Part shown: positions 31,201 through 39,397 of the stretch, piece after piece | How positions within the stretch are numbered: the stretch's first letter is position 1 | How the letters are laid out: each line of letters begins with the position of its first letter | IMG/VR virus record: IMGVR_UViG_3300012988_000016 | Coordinates: 62,001 to 126,000 of that record | Reading direction: 5' to 3' (one strand) | DNA: 64,000 nucleotides | Program-made: the position numbers and the translations under genes | Notes under the pieces: model-generated | What the model was told of the DNA's origin: nothing | Seen by the model: only the letters and a program-made list of their open reading frames with translations | Databases searched by the model: none

Positions 31201-32280
31201 CTCCCAGGTGCTCCTGAAATTGGGGATGAAATTGCGATCAACTATAGTCGTACCCCATATCAGGGTGATGCGTGGGGGTCTCAACAGGCTCAATCGGACA
31301 TTGGTTACAAGCCAGGTCCCTTGACTACCTCGGTCCGCTATCAACTGCTAAACAGCCGGCTGGACCCTACGGCTTTGACACGTCCAAATCAGAAGCCGTT
31401 GGAAGTACTGGCTGGCCTACACTTCGTCACCACACTAGGGACGGGTCGTTTCTCTGGCTCAGTGCCGTCTAACAATGCAGACTTCCGGAATGTTGGATAT
31501 GAGAGTTGGCTACCTCTACCTACCAGTCCAGTGGACACTCGTCCAGAAATTCTACCCACAGCACTCAATAGCTTGGAACGGCCATTGAGTTTGGGTACGG
31601 AGTATCTGGGGTGCACCGAACGTTTGCCGTTGGGAGCCTTGTTCCGTGATAAGGATTTCCGTGGGAACTTCATTTCTGGGTTGACGTACACTCAAGCAGG
31701 AGTCTCTGGCCCATTCGTAATGGGCTCTGGAGCACCAGGTTTGATGGCCGCCAGTTTGGCTCCAGACAATAACTTGGAGTATGCGGTGGTGCCGGTCCAC
31801 ACAGTCTCAATCGCATCAGGTAATGCGGGTGAAGTGGTGGTTCATGTGGACGGGGAAGCTGGCAACTACAATGTGTTGACCAACTTCCGTACCAATCGAG
31901 GCGGCTCAGCCTTCACGGCTTCAGGGTTTGCCGGCGGCGACTTGGGGGGAGTGTTGCCTGCTACCAGCCAAAACGGAACCTCGGGTGGCGTCTTGTCGGC
32001 TATCGCCTTGTTGGTTCGCAATGTGCCAACCAACATTGGTTCTACTGAGGTGAGTGCGGGCCAGGAATTGATGCTCTTGGTGGCCACCACAGCTAGAACC
32101 ATGAGTAATGACGGTAATCTCAATACCGTACAAGTCAGTACATCGGGTACGGGTGAAGGTTACAGTGCGGTAGACCTTTATCGTATCAGCGGACATCCAA
32201 TCACCAATGACTCATCCCGCGAAGTGATCGATCCATCCGCCATACGGTTGGCTCGTCCATCCGATATTCTTTCTGTCTGA
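28234..32280 (+). CDS. tail fibre/baseplate-anchored protein, paralog B
   Basis: ~1348 aa; start moved to the ATG 5 nt after GGAG; N-terminal region homologous to 23114..25732. Confidence 0.7.
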   Translation: MTDNYGPNVSRVLSPVQTSYKTVVWQAGRPPLDSELSLSQQIAAEWDRLHVLTATPSGWIDDAINPQDSYVTNVNYSNWFQFGAQQTGEKQAVMWAVVNGWIVPVTGTLTGTPPGNPNNVDTWNRIALPPPPANTGDARIDFAFLEVWLARVAPNPSTTNKPAASAVYRYGNVEGGASFIADDMQDPQIGFETTQRIQLQYRVRVVSGLVGLTSYPDGFDPSVVKGQGAASTASSYVFTNMRNELGDPGLWRAGDGTQNALGTVDGYTYAIPLCAVFRRNSVGWGGDPSQNLNGAFNRNPTAVDRTGYKTFAAAPTITGNITASATTLVLSSVASLSLPLTPATPVAIQIGDEILYYSSITGSTMNLSTRGAFGSKAEPHKAGSVVKVLSGRPDGLFADQVAKTDIFDLRHVVNPNGFDYQALLKGNLDKLLRGQLHSTWKRSGGGPQGPFVAYQDKVSATPGALGVTKLDAPDGIRQIFAEPAALQPVVIPISAPPSTGASVAIGGTLGAAFNTVTVNHPTGSGFQPNDVITIPKSLFLNSLPGSDTDQLRLIPDQSFVSLRFMGETTDLPNVQYSVSNDGSGNLLVTFSGGFVARNLGAFITLHIQYGAGRGMSRKPDAIHSVAYLSASPNILVQQQGLPADNQPLRTTWAALWSKYQVGMFNGHLASTSEAYVDPGSKSVILTPFRLHDFSGPVFRSIQKYVNTGNPTDAVNGAMPASTPTGGAKWGTTDPLSVFSGYSDPITSRANMVVVVPRRFMPGYGEVRVPTLYSDSGNFAEGINFGFNAPKGSGLGNGVTNFVPLTSGGGSATYAVFSTLNLNTNSPATYNTSFTFGNLIAGLRQFTETRGLNRKGLELPPFYGIARLFAVYEAQDYKANGSAYNPTTRAYVGTGAVNLLRQNFSGPTFWIESDVDGDPTFILNADAIDITKSPNAIASFSAGHYVVESSIFGCDRGSFDLTQDCRIVLSRTRNEGTTAQVNMPTNPDFILPGAPEIGDEIAINYSRTPYQGDAWGSQQAQSDIGYKPGPLTTSVRYQLLNSRLDPTALTRPNQKPLEVLAGLHFVTTLGTGRFSGSVPSNNADFRNVGYESWLPLPTSPVDTRPEILPTALNSLERPLSLGTEYLGCTERLPLGALFRDKDFRGNFISGLTYTQAGVSGPFVMGSGAPGLMAASLAPDNNLEYAVVPVHTVSIASGNAGEVVVHVDGEAGNYNVLTNFRTNRGGSAFTASGFAGGDLGGVLPATSQNGTSGGVLSAIALLVRNVPTNIGSTEVSAGQELMLLVATTARTMSNDGNLNTVQVSTSGTGEGYSAVDLYRISGHPITNDSSREVIDPSAIRLARPSDILSV
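28972..29035 (+). repeat. second copy of the exact DNA blocks shared with 23843-23909
   Basis: Direct comparison of the two sequences. Confidence 0.9.
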
Positions 32281-32290
32281 TGAGGGATTT

Positions 32291-32497
32291 GTGGCAATCG
32301 AATCTTTACACTATCTAGACATTCCAGCAGAGAAGAGAGCTCTTTCTGCTGCGAAAGCGATTAATCGCATCACGGAGCAATTGAACACTCCTGGATTGTC
32401 GGTTGAAGCCAGAAAAGAATTACAGCTTTCTATGACTCGTATCCAAAAGTGGGCGAGTGGGAGACTTGAGGAAGACAATGGACCAAGCACTGACTGA
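32291..32497 (+). CDS. small hypothetical protein
   Basis: 68 aa; GTG start after GAGGG; helical. Confidence 0.65.
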   Translation: MAIESLHYLDIPAEKRALSAAKAINRITEQLNTPGLSVEARKELQLSMTRIQKWASGRLEEDNGPSTD

Positions 32498-32999
32498 TTT
32501 TTTGAGCAAAGGTACGCTGATCATCGCGGTCTTGGTGGTGATCATCAATTTCTTCGTACGTCGTATCGTCCTATTGATTAGGCCAGATTTCAAACCATTG
32601 GGATCGGCGATGGACAAGAAGGCCATGTACAGCAACACAGCTGCTATGTGGTGGAACGAAATAGGCCTCTACGCTTTGCCGGTCATCATCGGTGCTAACC
32701 TGGGTCTCTTCAAAGGGTTGAGCTTCGCGTTTGACACTTCGATCAAGACAGCTTCTGGTCGAGTCTTCTACGCTGCGATCGTGGGTTGGTTCGCCGATTT
32801 CCTCTATGAAGTGGTTCAGAAGATGCTCTACAAGAGCACAGGTGTGACGCTTCCAAGTGCAGAGAGTCTGGGCTCTGAGGTATCGGTTACGGTTGTTCAT
32901 GAAGACACCAAGCCAGCCGTCACAGCAGTGTCGGTTCAAGTCCCTCCAGGGCCCGCTCCTTCTGCTCTGGGTGGTGGTGAAGAACCGAAAGACAACTGA
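32478..32999 (+). CDS. membrane protein with ~3 TM segments, holin-like
   Basis: Start after GAGGAAG; hydrophobic segments TLIIAVLVVIINFFV, IGLYALPVIIGANLGLF, VFYAAIVGWFADFLY; hydrophilic C-tail; first membrane gene after the tail genes. Confidence 0.5.
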   Translation: MDQALTDFLSKGTLIIAVLVVIINFFVRRIVLLIRPDFKPLGSAMDKKAMYSNTAAMWWNEIGLYALPVIIGANLGLFKGLSFAFDTSIKTASGRVFYAAIVGWFADFLYEVVQKMLYKSTGVTLPSAESLGSEVSVTVVHEDTKPAVTAVSVQVPPGPAPSALGGGEEPKDN

Positions 33000-33514
33000 T
33001 GGCTGAGCCAACATTCTGGTCTTCTGCTTGGACTTGGATCAAGAAAGCGGCTCGTTCTCTGTTGGCTTTCTTGCCAGCCATTCTGATCGTCATGATAGCC
33101 ATCGTCCTGGTGGTGTTGGGGGTCAAGAACGTTCAGATAGGCGGGTTGTTGGGTAAGTTGTTTGGTCATAAGGAACCAGGCGGCAAGGCGATTGATGTGG
33201 CCAACACAATTCCGGAACATCGGGTAGATTCCAACGGGGCCGTCATTCCCATCGGGACTCCCGATTCGAGCGGCCAGACACAAGCCAAAGTGGTTCCGAT
33301 TGAACCTCCCAGCATCTTTTCCAATCCCAACACCGTCACCATCACCCCTCCGGATGCGGCTCCTGTAGTGATCGCACTGCCCGACGGTGTCAAAGCAAAG
33401 GACGTCGACAAGGTGGTGATCATCAAGCCAGAAGTTTTTACCGTAACGGTGAAAGACTCCTCGCCTGTGACAGGCCAGCATATCGATGACCTGATCAAGA
33501 AGTATGGCGGATGA
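32999..33514 (+). CDS. single-pass membrane protein with Pro-rich soluble domain
   Basis: N-terminal TM LLAFLPAILIVMIAIVLVVLGV followed by a Pro/Val/Thr-rich domain. Confidence 0.65.
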   Translation: MAEPTFWSSAWTWIKKAARSLLAFLPAILIVMIAIVLVVLGVKNVQIGGLLGKLFGHKEPGGKAIDVANTIPEHRVDSNGAVIPIGTPDSSGQTQAKVVPIEPPSIFSNPNTVTITPPDAAPVVIALPDGVKAKDVDKVVIIKPEVFTVTVKDSSPVTGQHIDDLIKKYGG

Positions 33515-34116
33515 AAAACCTACTCGTTCTCCTTGTGTTTTTCCTGATGTTGATCTCCAGACCTGCTGTTGCGCAGGAGTGTGGGGTGGGCAACCGCTGT
33601 ATCTCTGAAGAAGACCTGAAGGCTCTAATCACTGTCACCAAAGAGAAGCAGTGTCTGCTCAACACACAACCAGCCATCGACTTAGACCCAGTGGTGTTGA
33701 CGATCGATCGGGATGGGCGAGTCTTCTTCACAGGTGCCGAGCCGAAGCCGTACACGCTTAGGATGAAGTGGTGCAATTTCGACCTTCAGGCTAAGGGTAA
33801 GGTCAATGTGGTGGCGGCAATGCAGGAACCGCCAGAATGGGGCTTTCGCTTCCGTCCCAAGGCATATCTGGGCTTCTTGCCTGGAGAGGCGTTGCGCAAA
33901 GACGGTACTGCCAAGAGTGCGGTGGATGCGGGCTTGATGCTTGATCCGTTCTACTACAAATTTCTGAATCTCAACGTACATGTTGGTTTCAGGGCAGTGG
34001 GGGTCGGGATAGGGGTTGACATTTTTCGTTCCTTCGGAGTGTATGGGGGGTATGCTGCTACGTGGGATGGCTTCCGTTCCAACGGAGAATTGTCCACCTG
34101 GTTCTCTTTTTGGTGA
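33511..34116 (+). CDS. secreted protein with possible outer-membrane beta-strand C-terminus
   Basis: Sec-type signal MKNLLVLLVFFLMLISRPAVA|Q; alternating hydrophobic/Gly strands; ends in aromatic STWFSFW. Confidence 0.6.
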   Translation: MKNLLVLLVFFLMLISRPAVAQECGVGNRCISEEDLKALITVTKEKQCLLNTQPAIDLDPVVLTIDRDGRVFFTGAEPKPYTLRMKWCNFDLQAKGKVNVVAAMQEPPEWGFRFRPKAYLGFLPGEALRKDGTAKSAVDAGLMLDPFYYKFLNLNVHVGFRAVGVGIGVDIFRSFGVYGGYAATWDGFRSNGELSTWFSFW

Positions 34117-34152
34117 AATGATAGCTGTTTTTGCCTAGCTGACGGATCGGCC

Positions 34153-34158
34153 GGTGTA
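34153..34158 (+). promoter_or_regulatory. GGTGTA motif upstream of the SNF2 helicase gene
   Basis: 10 nt before ATG 34169; one of eight similarly placed copies. Confidence 0.6.
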
Positions 34159-34168
34159 CTGAACGCCG

Positions 34169-35950
34169 ATGCCCGAAGAAATCAAGCTTAGTGCCGAGCA
34201 GCAAAAACTATATGACGAACTGAAATCCGTACGATCACGGACAGACGTCAAGTTACCGCCCTCACCCCTTCTGAAGCAGCAAATAGTTGGGCTGGACGGT
34301 GAGCTCCAGCCTTTGGTCCCTAGATACTATCAAGTCCAAGGCATCTACCACATGCTTCGATTGAAGCGTATGGTGCTTGGTGACAGCACTGGTACGGGGA
34401 AGACATTTCAAACACTAGGCACACTCTGTTACCTTTGGGAGAAACGCCCAGAGACCAAGGTGGTGGTGGTTGCTCCCAAATCAGCCATCCGACAGTGGGC
34501 TGAAGAAATAGACCGCTTTACCAAGGGTGTGCAGGTCTACATCGCCACGGCCCCCAAGCAGAAGGGGGAGACCCCATTGGAGGCTCGGCAACGTGTCTAC
34601 GAGGCGTGGGCGGCCGCCCCTTCTGGGCCCAATGATCCAAAGGCAGTCCTGATTCTGAACTATGCCTTGCTGGTTAGGGATTGGAATCAAGGAGGTTTCC
34701 AACCATTGAAACCCAATGGTCAGCCAGACCCGAAGGCTCCTGTCCTGCCTGGATTGTTGGACAAAATAACCAAGCAGGTGGGTGAACATCTGACGGTCAT
34801 CTTCGATGAGGCGACTGCTTTCAAGTCGATGAAGACCAAGACTTGGGAAGTGGCTAGGTATCTGTCCGATCGTTCGAACCGAGTCTACGCCCTGACGGCC
34901 ACACTGCTCAAGAACAACCTCATGGAAGGCTATTGCATCTACAAGGCCATCTTGCCCTCCCTGTTTGGGGCGAAGACCAAGTTCATGGAGGACTACACCT
35001 TCTTCGAACTCAAGAGTGTGGGAAAGGCCAAAGTGCCGGTCGTCAAGGGCTACAAGAACTTGGATCACTTCAAGTCCAAGATCGATCTCTACTTCTTGGG
35101 TCGTCAGAAGCACGTCATCTCCAATGAGCTGCCCACTCTGACTACCCGAGAAATAACCTGCGAGCTGAATGGTGCGGAGACGTTGAAGTACAGAGAAGCT
35201 CTGTCAGGCCTTTTGGAGTTGGGGGATGGCCAGATCAAGGAGTTCGAGGAAACCAAGGCGCTGACCTCACTCATCTACTGTCAGCAAATAGTCAACTCCT
35301 TGTCGCTACTAAAGTTCAATGAGGGTGATGAGGTAGGTGGATTTAACTTAGACTTGACCAGCTCCAAAATAGGTTCGCTGTGCAGCAAAGAGCAGGCCTT
35401 GTTGGATCTGCTATCCGAGGAATTGGAGGATGAAAAGGTCATCGTCTACACTCGGTTTGAGAGTCTGGTCGGAAGACTGCAAGAAATACTCAAGAAGAAC
35501 GGTATCAAGTCGGTCCGAATCACCGGTAAAGAGAAGGACGTGGATCGCCAGAAGGCCAAGGTGGCCTTCCAAAATCTCAAGTCTGATGTTCGGGTGGTGT
35601 TCATCACCGACGCTGGTAGCGAAGCGATCAATCTTCAGGCAGCAGCCGGCATGGTGTTCTATGACCAACCCTGGTCATGGGGCGCTTACGTCCAAATACT
35701 AGGGCGCATGATCCGTATCGGTTCCCCTCACAAGGGGGTGATGGCCTACCATCTGTTGGCCGAACTGCCAGAAATATCGGTTAAAGACCGAAAAACTATT
35801 GACCATCACGTTCTGGGGATGCTCCGGAAAAAGAAAAACCTAATCGACAAGGTGTTGGGCGAGGCCGCCATTGGAGCTCTCGAATTCGAGAGCGAGGGTG
35901 GTTCATCTCTCAAGGATCTTGTTCGAGCTATGCAAGGAAAAGCAGCGTAA
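34169..35950 (+). CDS. SNF2/SF2-family helicase
   Basis: Walker A GDSTGTGKT; VIFDEATA; LTATLLKN; C-terminal SEAINLQ and QILGRMIRIG. Confidence 0.92.
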   Translation: MPEEIKLSAEQQKLYDELKSVRSRTDVKLPPSPLLKQQIVGLDGELQPLVPRYYQVQGIYHMLRLKRMVLGDSTGTGKTFQTLGTLCYLWEKRPETKVVVVAPKSAIRQWAEEIDRFTKGVQVYIATAPKQKGETPLEARQRVYEAWAAAPSGPNDPKAVLILNYALLVRDWNQGGFQPLKPNGQPDPKAPVLPGLLDKITKQVGEHLTVIFDEATAFKSMKTKTWEVARYLSDRSNRVYALTATLLKNNLMEGYCIYKAILPSLFGAKTKFMEDYTFFELKSVGKAKVPVVKGYKNLDHFKSKIDLYFLGRQKHVISNELPTLTTREITCELNGAETLKYREALSGLLELGDGQIKEFEETKALTSLIYCQQIVNSLSLLKFNEGDEVGGFNLDLTSSKIGSLCSKEQALLDLLSEELEDEKVIVYTRFESLVGRLQEILKKNGIKSVRITGKEKDVDRQKAKVAFQNLKSDVRVVFITDAGSEAINLQAAAGMVFYDQPWSWGAYVQILGRMIRIGSPHKGVMAYHLLAELPEISVKDRKTIDHHVLGMLRKKKNLIDKVLGEAAIGALEFESEGGSSLKDLVRAMQGKAA

Positions 35951-36882
35951 TGGATATATGCACACGCTGTGGTCTCAAACCACTAACAGGATGTATGCCG
36001 AATGGCACCCTGTTGGGCGAAGGCGATTTGATGCGTCATTGCCCAAATATGGCCAGGAAACTGAAAATCGAACATGTGAGGGAACGGCTGGACCTCGACA
36101 TTAGAGAATCCAAATCAATCCCTTCCAGCCCTCTCTTCTCACCCTCTACCAATGGTCCGCCATTGGTAGATCTGACTCAGCAAAATCTTCTGATCAGAGG
36201 TGTGACTCGTGCGGGGTTCTTACCTCATCTCAAACTTGCTTTGGTGGGCAAGATTTGGACCAACCCCACCTACGCATACAAGGTGGTGGGCGACGCTCGA
36301 TTGCGTGACGTGTATGTCGGCAATGAAGCGTATCGGAGTCGTGCCGCCACCGCTAGAGAGCAGACAGAGAACAACAACGCCATCGCTGACTTGGTGGGCA
36401 AGGATTACGACCTAGTGGTCATCCTTCTAGGGACGTTGGGGCATAAGAATGTGGCGGCCCCCGGGATCCTCAGAGAAGCGTTGATGCATCGTGAAATGCT
36501 GGGCAAGCCAACGTGGCTTTTCCAGAGCAGTGACCCTAGGTACGAATGGCGACACTCAAAGGATGCTGAGTCAGAGCTGTTCATTGAGCACTTCCAGGTC
36601 ATCAGATTAACCTCTGACGATCAAACCCCCGATGATGAGCGTGAACTGGAGAACAGCCACATTACGGTCGATGACGGCAAAACAGAGCCGGCGGACCTCA
36701 ATGAGTTGGTTGAGGAATACGAAGAACCAGTAGTCAATGTCCCTTCCCGCAGCAAAAAACCCTCGGTCAAGCCTCCTATCAAAGAACCAGTTACGCCTCA
36801 ATCCGACGAGATTGTGGCCGGCTTCGGTGGCGGCCCAGGTGGCAACCGCAAGAAGAAGTACAACAACAAGGGAGGTTGGTGA
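35950..36882 (+). CDS. putative degenerate helicase loader (DnaC/IstB-like remnant)
   Basis: N-terminal Cys cluster (CTRCG...GC...C); LLIRG...YDLVVILLG...LREALMHREMLGKPTWL resembles DnaC-like folds but has no GKT; directly upstream of the DnaB-like gene. Confidence 0.4.
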   Translation: MDICTRCGLKPLTGCMPNGTLLGEGDLMRHCPNMARKLKIEHVRERLDLDIRESKSIPSSPLFSPSTNGPPLVDLTQQNLLIRGVTRAGFLPHLKLALVGKIWTNPTYAYKVVGDARLRDVYVGNEAYRSRAATAREQTENNNAIADLVGKDYDLVVILLGTLGHKNVAAPGILREALMHREMLGKPTWLFQSSDPRYEWRHSKDAESELFIEHFQVIRLTSDDQTPDDERELENSHITVDDGKTEPADLNELVEEYEEPVVNVPSRSKKPSVKPPIKEPVTPQSDEIVAGFGGGPGGNRKKKYNNKGGW

Positions 36883-38357
36883 TGTCTAACAGTAAGAGTG
36901 TATTGCGGGGGGTCATCGATTTCGGAGACGGGAAGCTTTCCGAAAAAGCCATCGGAAGCAACTTCAGCTTCTTGAAAAATTCTAGGTACGAGTGGAGCAA
37001 TCCGGATGAACGGAAGATCTACGATTTCATCATCAAGTATCACCAGGAAAGTCTCGAACCTCCCAACGCTTTGACGCTCAGAGACTATTTTGGTCCAGAG
37101 CGAGCTGCCGATTATGCGGTGATCGAGAAGCTGAAAGACATTCATTCAGCAGCCATCTACGAACGTTCGGCGTACCGTACTCTCGTAAACTCCTTGTTGG
37201 AGGCTCAGAATCAGAACAAGTATCTGGTCCTTTTGACGGAGACCCAAGAGATCGTCACCAAAGGGCGGATCGTCGATAAAGAACAACTGAAAGGCCTGGT
37301 AGACGGCAAGAAGTACTACGAGCAGAAGATCATTGACCTGATCCCCGCCAATTCCAACGCCATCACCTTTGGCGATGTGACGCAGGACGTCCAAAAAGAA
37401 CGTGATGCTTACAAGGTAGCCAAGAGCAATCAGACCAAAGTGTGGGGCAGGTTCACTGGTTTGGAGCATATTGACCTTGCGTTTCACGGTATCAAGCCTG
37501 GCGAACTATGGATCCATGCGGCTGAGCCTGGCAATCTGAAGACCGCTTTCGCGACCAATTGGTCCTACAACCTGATTACCCGCTATCGTGCGAACGTGCT
37601 CTATGTCAGTCTTGAGATGAAGTACGAGCATCTTCGGAAGATTATGTGTGCCATGCACACATCGAACGGTATCTTCACCAAGCAAGGGTATGCTCCCTTG
37701 GACTACACCAAAATACGTGATGGTGAACTGACCCCAGAACAGGAACAGTTCTACGATCTAGCGTTGAATGACTTCGAGTCCAATCGGGACTACTGTCGTA
37801 TGCACATCTGGGTCCCAGACAGGGATGTGACGGTGGCCGATATCCGCAACTATGCGGAACAGCTACACAAGAACCTGGAAATAGGCCTGATTGTCATTGA
37901 TCAGGGTGAATTGGTCAAACCTCCTAGGGCCTACAAGGATTTGACCAGCGAGCAAAATGCCGTCATCCGTGAGATGAAGTTGATGGCGATGCATTTCAAT
38001 GGTGGTGAAAGCATCCCCATCCTGGATCTTCACCAGATTAACCGTACTGGTATGACCGCTAACGAGAAGAACAAGAGTACCCCCGAGGAACTTGGCCAGT
38101 ACAAATACCGTGATTTGTCGTACGCCAATCAGGCGGAACGTTCGGCGGACTACATCACCACCACCTACGCCCCCAAGGAATTGATCGAGCAGGGCTACGC
38201 CATCATCAGCTGTATGAAGTCTCGCGACAATCGAAAGTTTGACCTAGGCCGAATCGGCGTCGACATGACGTGTCACCGACTCAGGAATTGGGACCCCAGT
38301 GTGACAGGGTTCGGGGCCGATATGACGCAAGACGATTACGCCAACTCGGGGCTCTAA
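36882..38357 (+). CDS. dnaB: DnaB-like replicative helicase
   Basis: GGAGG RBS; FTGLEHID...GIKPGELWIHAAEPGNLKT; LYVSLEM; LIVIDQ; HQINR; IISCMKSRD. Confidence 0.85.
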   Translation: MSNSKSVLRGVIDFGDGKLSEKAIGSNFSFLKNSRYEWSNPDERKIYDFIIKYHQESLEPPNALTLRDYFGPERAADYAVIEKLKDIHSAAIYERSAYRTLVNSLLEAQNQNKYLVLLTETQEIVTKGRIVDKEQLKGLVDGKKYYEQKIIDLIPANSNAITFGDVTQDVQKERDAYKVAKSNQTKVWGRFTGLEHIDLAFHGIKPGELWIHAAEPGNLKTAFATNWSYNLITRYRANVLYVSLEMKYEHLRKIMCAMHTSNGIFTKQGYAPLDYTKIRDGELTPEQEQFYDLALNDFESNRDYCRMHIWVPDRDVTVADIRNYAEQLHKNLEIGLIVIDQGELVKPPRAYKDLTSEQNAVIREMKLMAMHFNGGESIPILDLHQINRTGMTANEKNKSTPEELGQYKYRDLSYANQAERSADYITTTYAPKELIEQGYAIISCMKSRDNRKFDLGRIGVDMTCHRLRNWDPSVTGFGADMTQDDYANSGL

Positions 38358-38358
38358 G

Positions 38359-38973
38359 ATGGCCAATAACGAAGCAGCCATCAAGGCATGGTTCGCCATG
38401 CGGCGTGAAGCGATCCATGAAATGATAACGGCCCATGATGTGTTGAGGCTACATGGGGTATCGTTCCGCCACTCTACCGACAGGGAGGAGCAGTTCAGCT
38501 GCCCATTCCATGGTCAGGACAACAAGCCGTCTGCCAGGGTGTATACGGCAAAGGCTGATAGTCGATCTCATGTTTGGTGCTTTGTTTGCCAACAACCGTG
38601 GGATGCCATCAGTCTTTGGAAGAAATTCTCTGGAGAGGAGAAAAAACACAACCAGATCCTCATCGAGATGGAGCGTCATCTCGGGATCAAGACCCCAGAA
38701 GTACCGGAAGGCGTGCACGCTGTTGCTCAAGTCGACGATACCGACAAGACCAGTTATGCGATCTTCTTGGACTTATGCGAACATCGTCTCAAAGAAGCAC
38801 GGGAAAATTATCTGGCTCAAGACGATATGAATGGGTTCTTGATCGCAGGGTCCATTCTTGACAAGTTGATCTCCAGAGTGTCGGATGGGCGGCTTCAGTA
38901 CGTGAAGGCGATCGAGTTGCTCAAGCAGTTGATAGACAAGATCGGTGACCGTATCCGTGGTGAGACGGCTTAA
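38359..38973 (+). CDS. stand-alone CHC2 zinc-finger protein (primase zinc-binding domain only)
   Basis: CPFHGQDNKPSA...WCFVC; only 204 aa with no TOPRIM acidic motifs. Confidence 0.8.
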   Translation: MANNEAAIKAWFAMRREAIHEMITAHDVLRLHGVSFRHSTDREEQFSCPFHGQDNKPSARVYTAKADSRSHVWCFVCQQPWDAISLWKKFSGEEKKHNQILIEMERHLGIKTPEVPEGVHAVAQVDDTDKTSYAIFLDLCEHRLKEARENYLAQDDMNGFLIAGSILDKLISRVSDGRLQYVKAIELLKQLIDKIGDRIRGETA

Positions 38974-39397
38974 GCTACCCACTAGAGAGATGGGGGACGT
39001 CAGGCTGTTGGTAATCGAACAGCAGCCTGACGGCTCTTGGGAAGATGAATGGGAGCTCCTTAGGAAAACCCCATTCGGTGCACAATTCAGCGTAATCTCC
39101 AAAGAGGTGCTGGATCATGCGTTGTACCGATTGTCCCGCCCATTGGTAGACGCCTTGGGGATCCCTCCGGCGGGAGCGTTGAAGAAAATACCGAAAGCCT
39201 CGAAAGAATGTTTTCGACGTGAACGGTGCATCTACCACGATAGCAAGAATTGCCATCCTGAAGGCAAGCAAATGCCGTGGTGTTACGAGCCTGACGGTGT
39301 AGAAGGTGAAGAGATCCGTCAAACGGCCACGAGGGCAATTCAGGAGTGGCGTGATGGGGTCTATTTGGTTGTGATTCAAGAGGATCAAGATGTCTGA
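38945..39397 (+). CDS. hypothetical Cys-cluster protein
   Basis: 150 aa; CFRRERC...C...WC; overlaps both neighbours. Confidence 0.65.
   Translation: MTVSVVRRLKLPTREMGDVRLLVIEQQPDGSWEDEWELLRKTPFGAQFSVISKEVLDHALYRLSRPLVDALGIPPAGALKKIPKASKECFRRERCIYHDSKNCHPEGKQMPWCYEPDGVEGEEIRQTATRAIQEWRDGVYLVVIQEDQDV

Noticed and set aside
807-32280. Interpretation as a chromosomal extracellular contractile injection system rather than a phage
   Set aside because: The baseplate genes are contiguous with a phage-type replication block (SNF2, DnaB-like, PolA) and many small coupled orphan ORFs, and no bacterial housekeeping operons are present.
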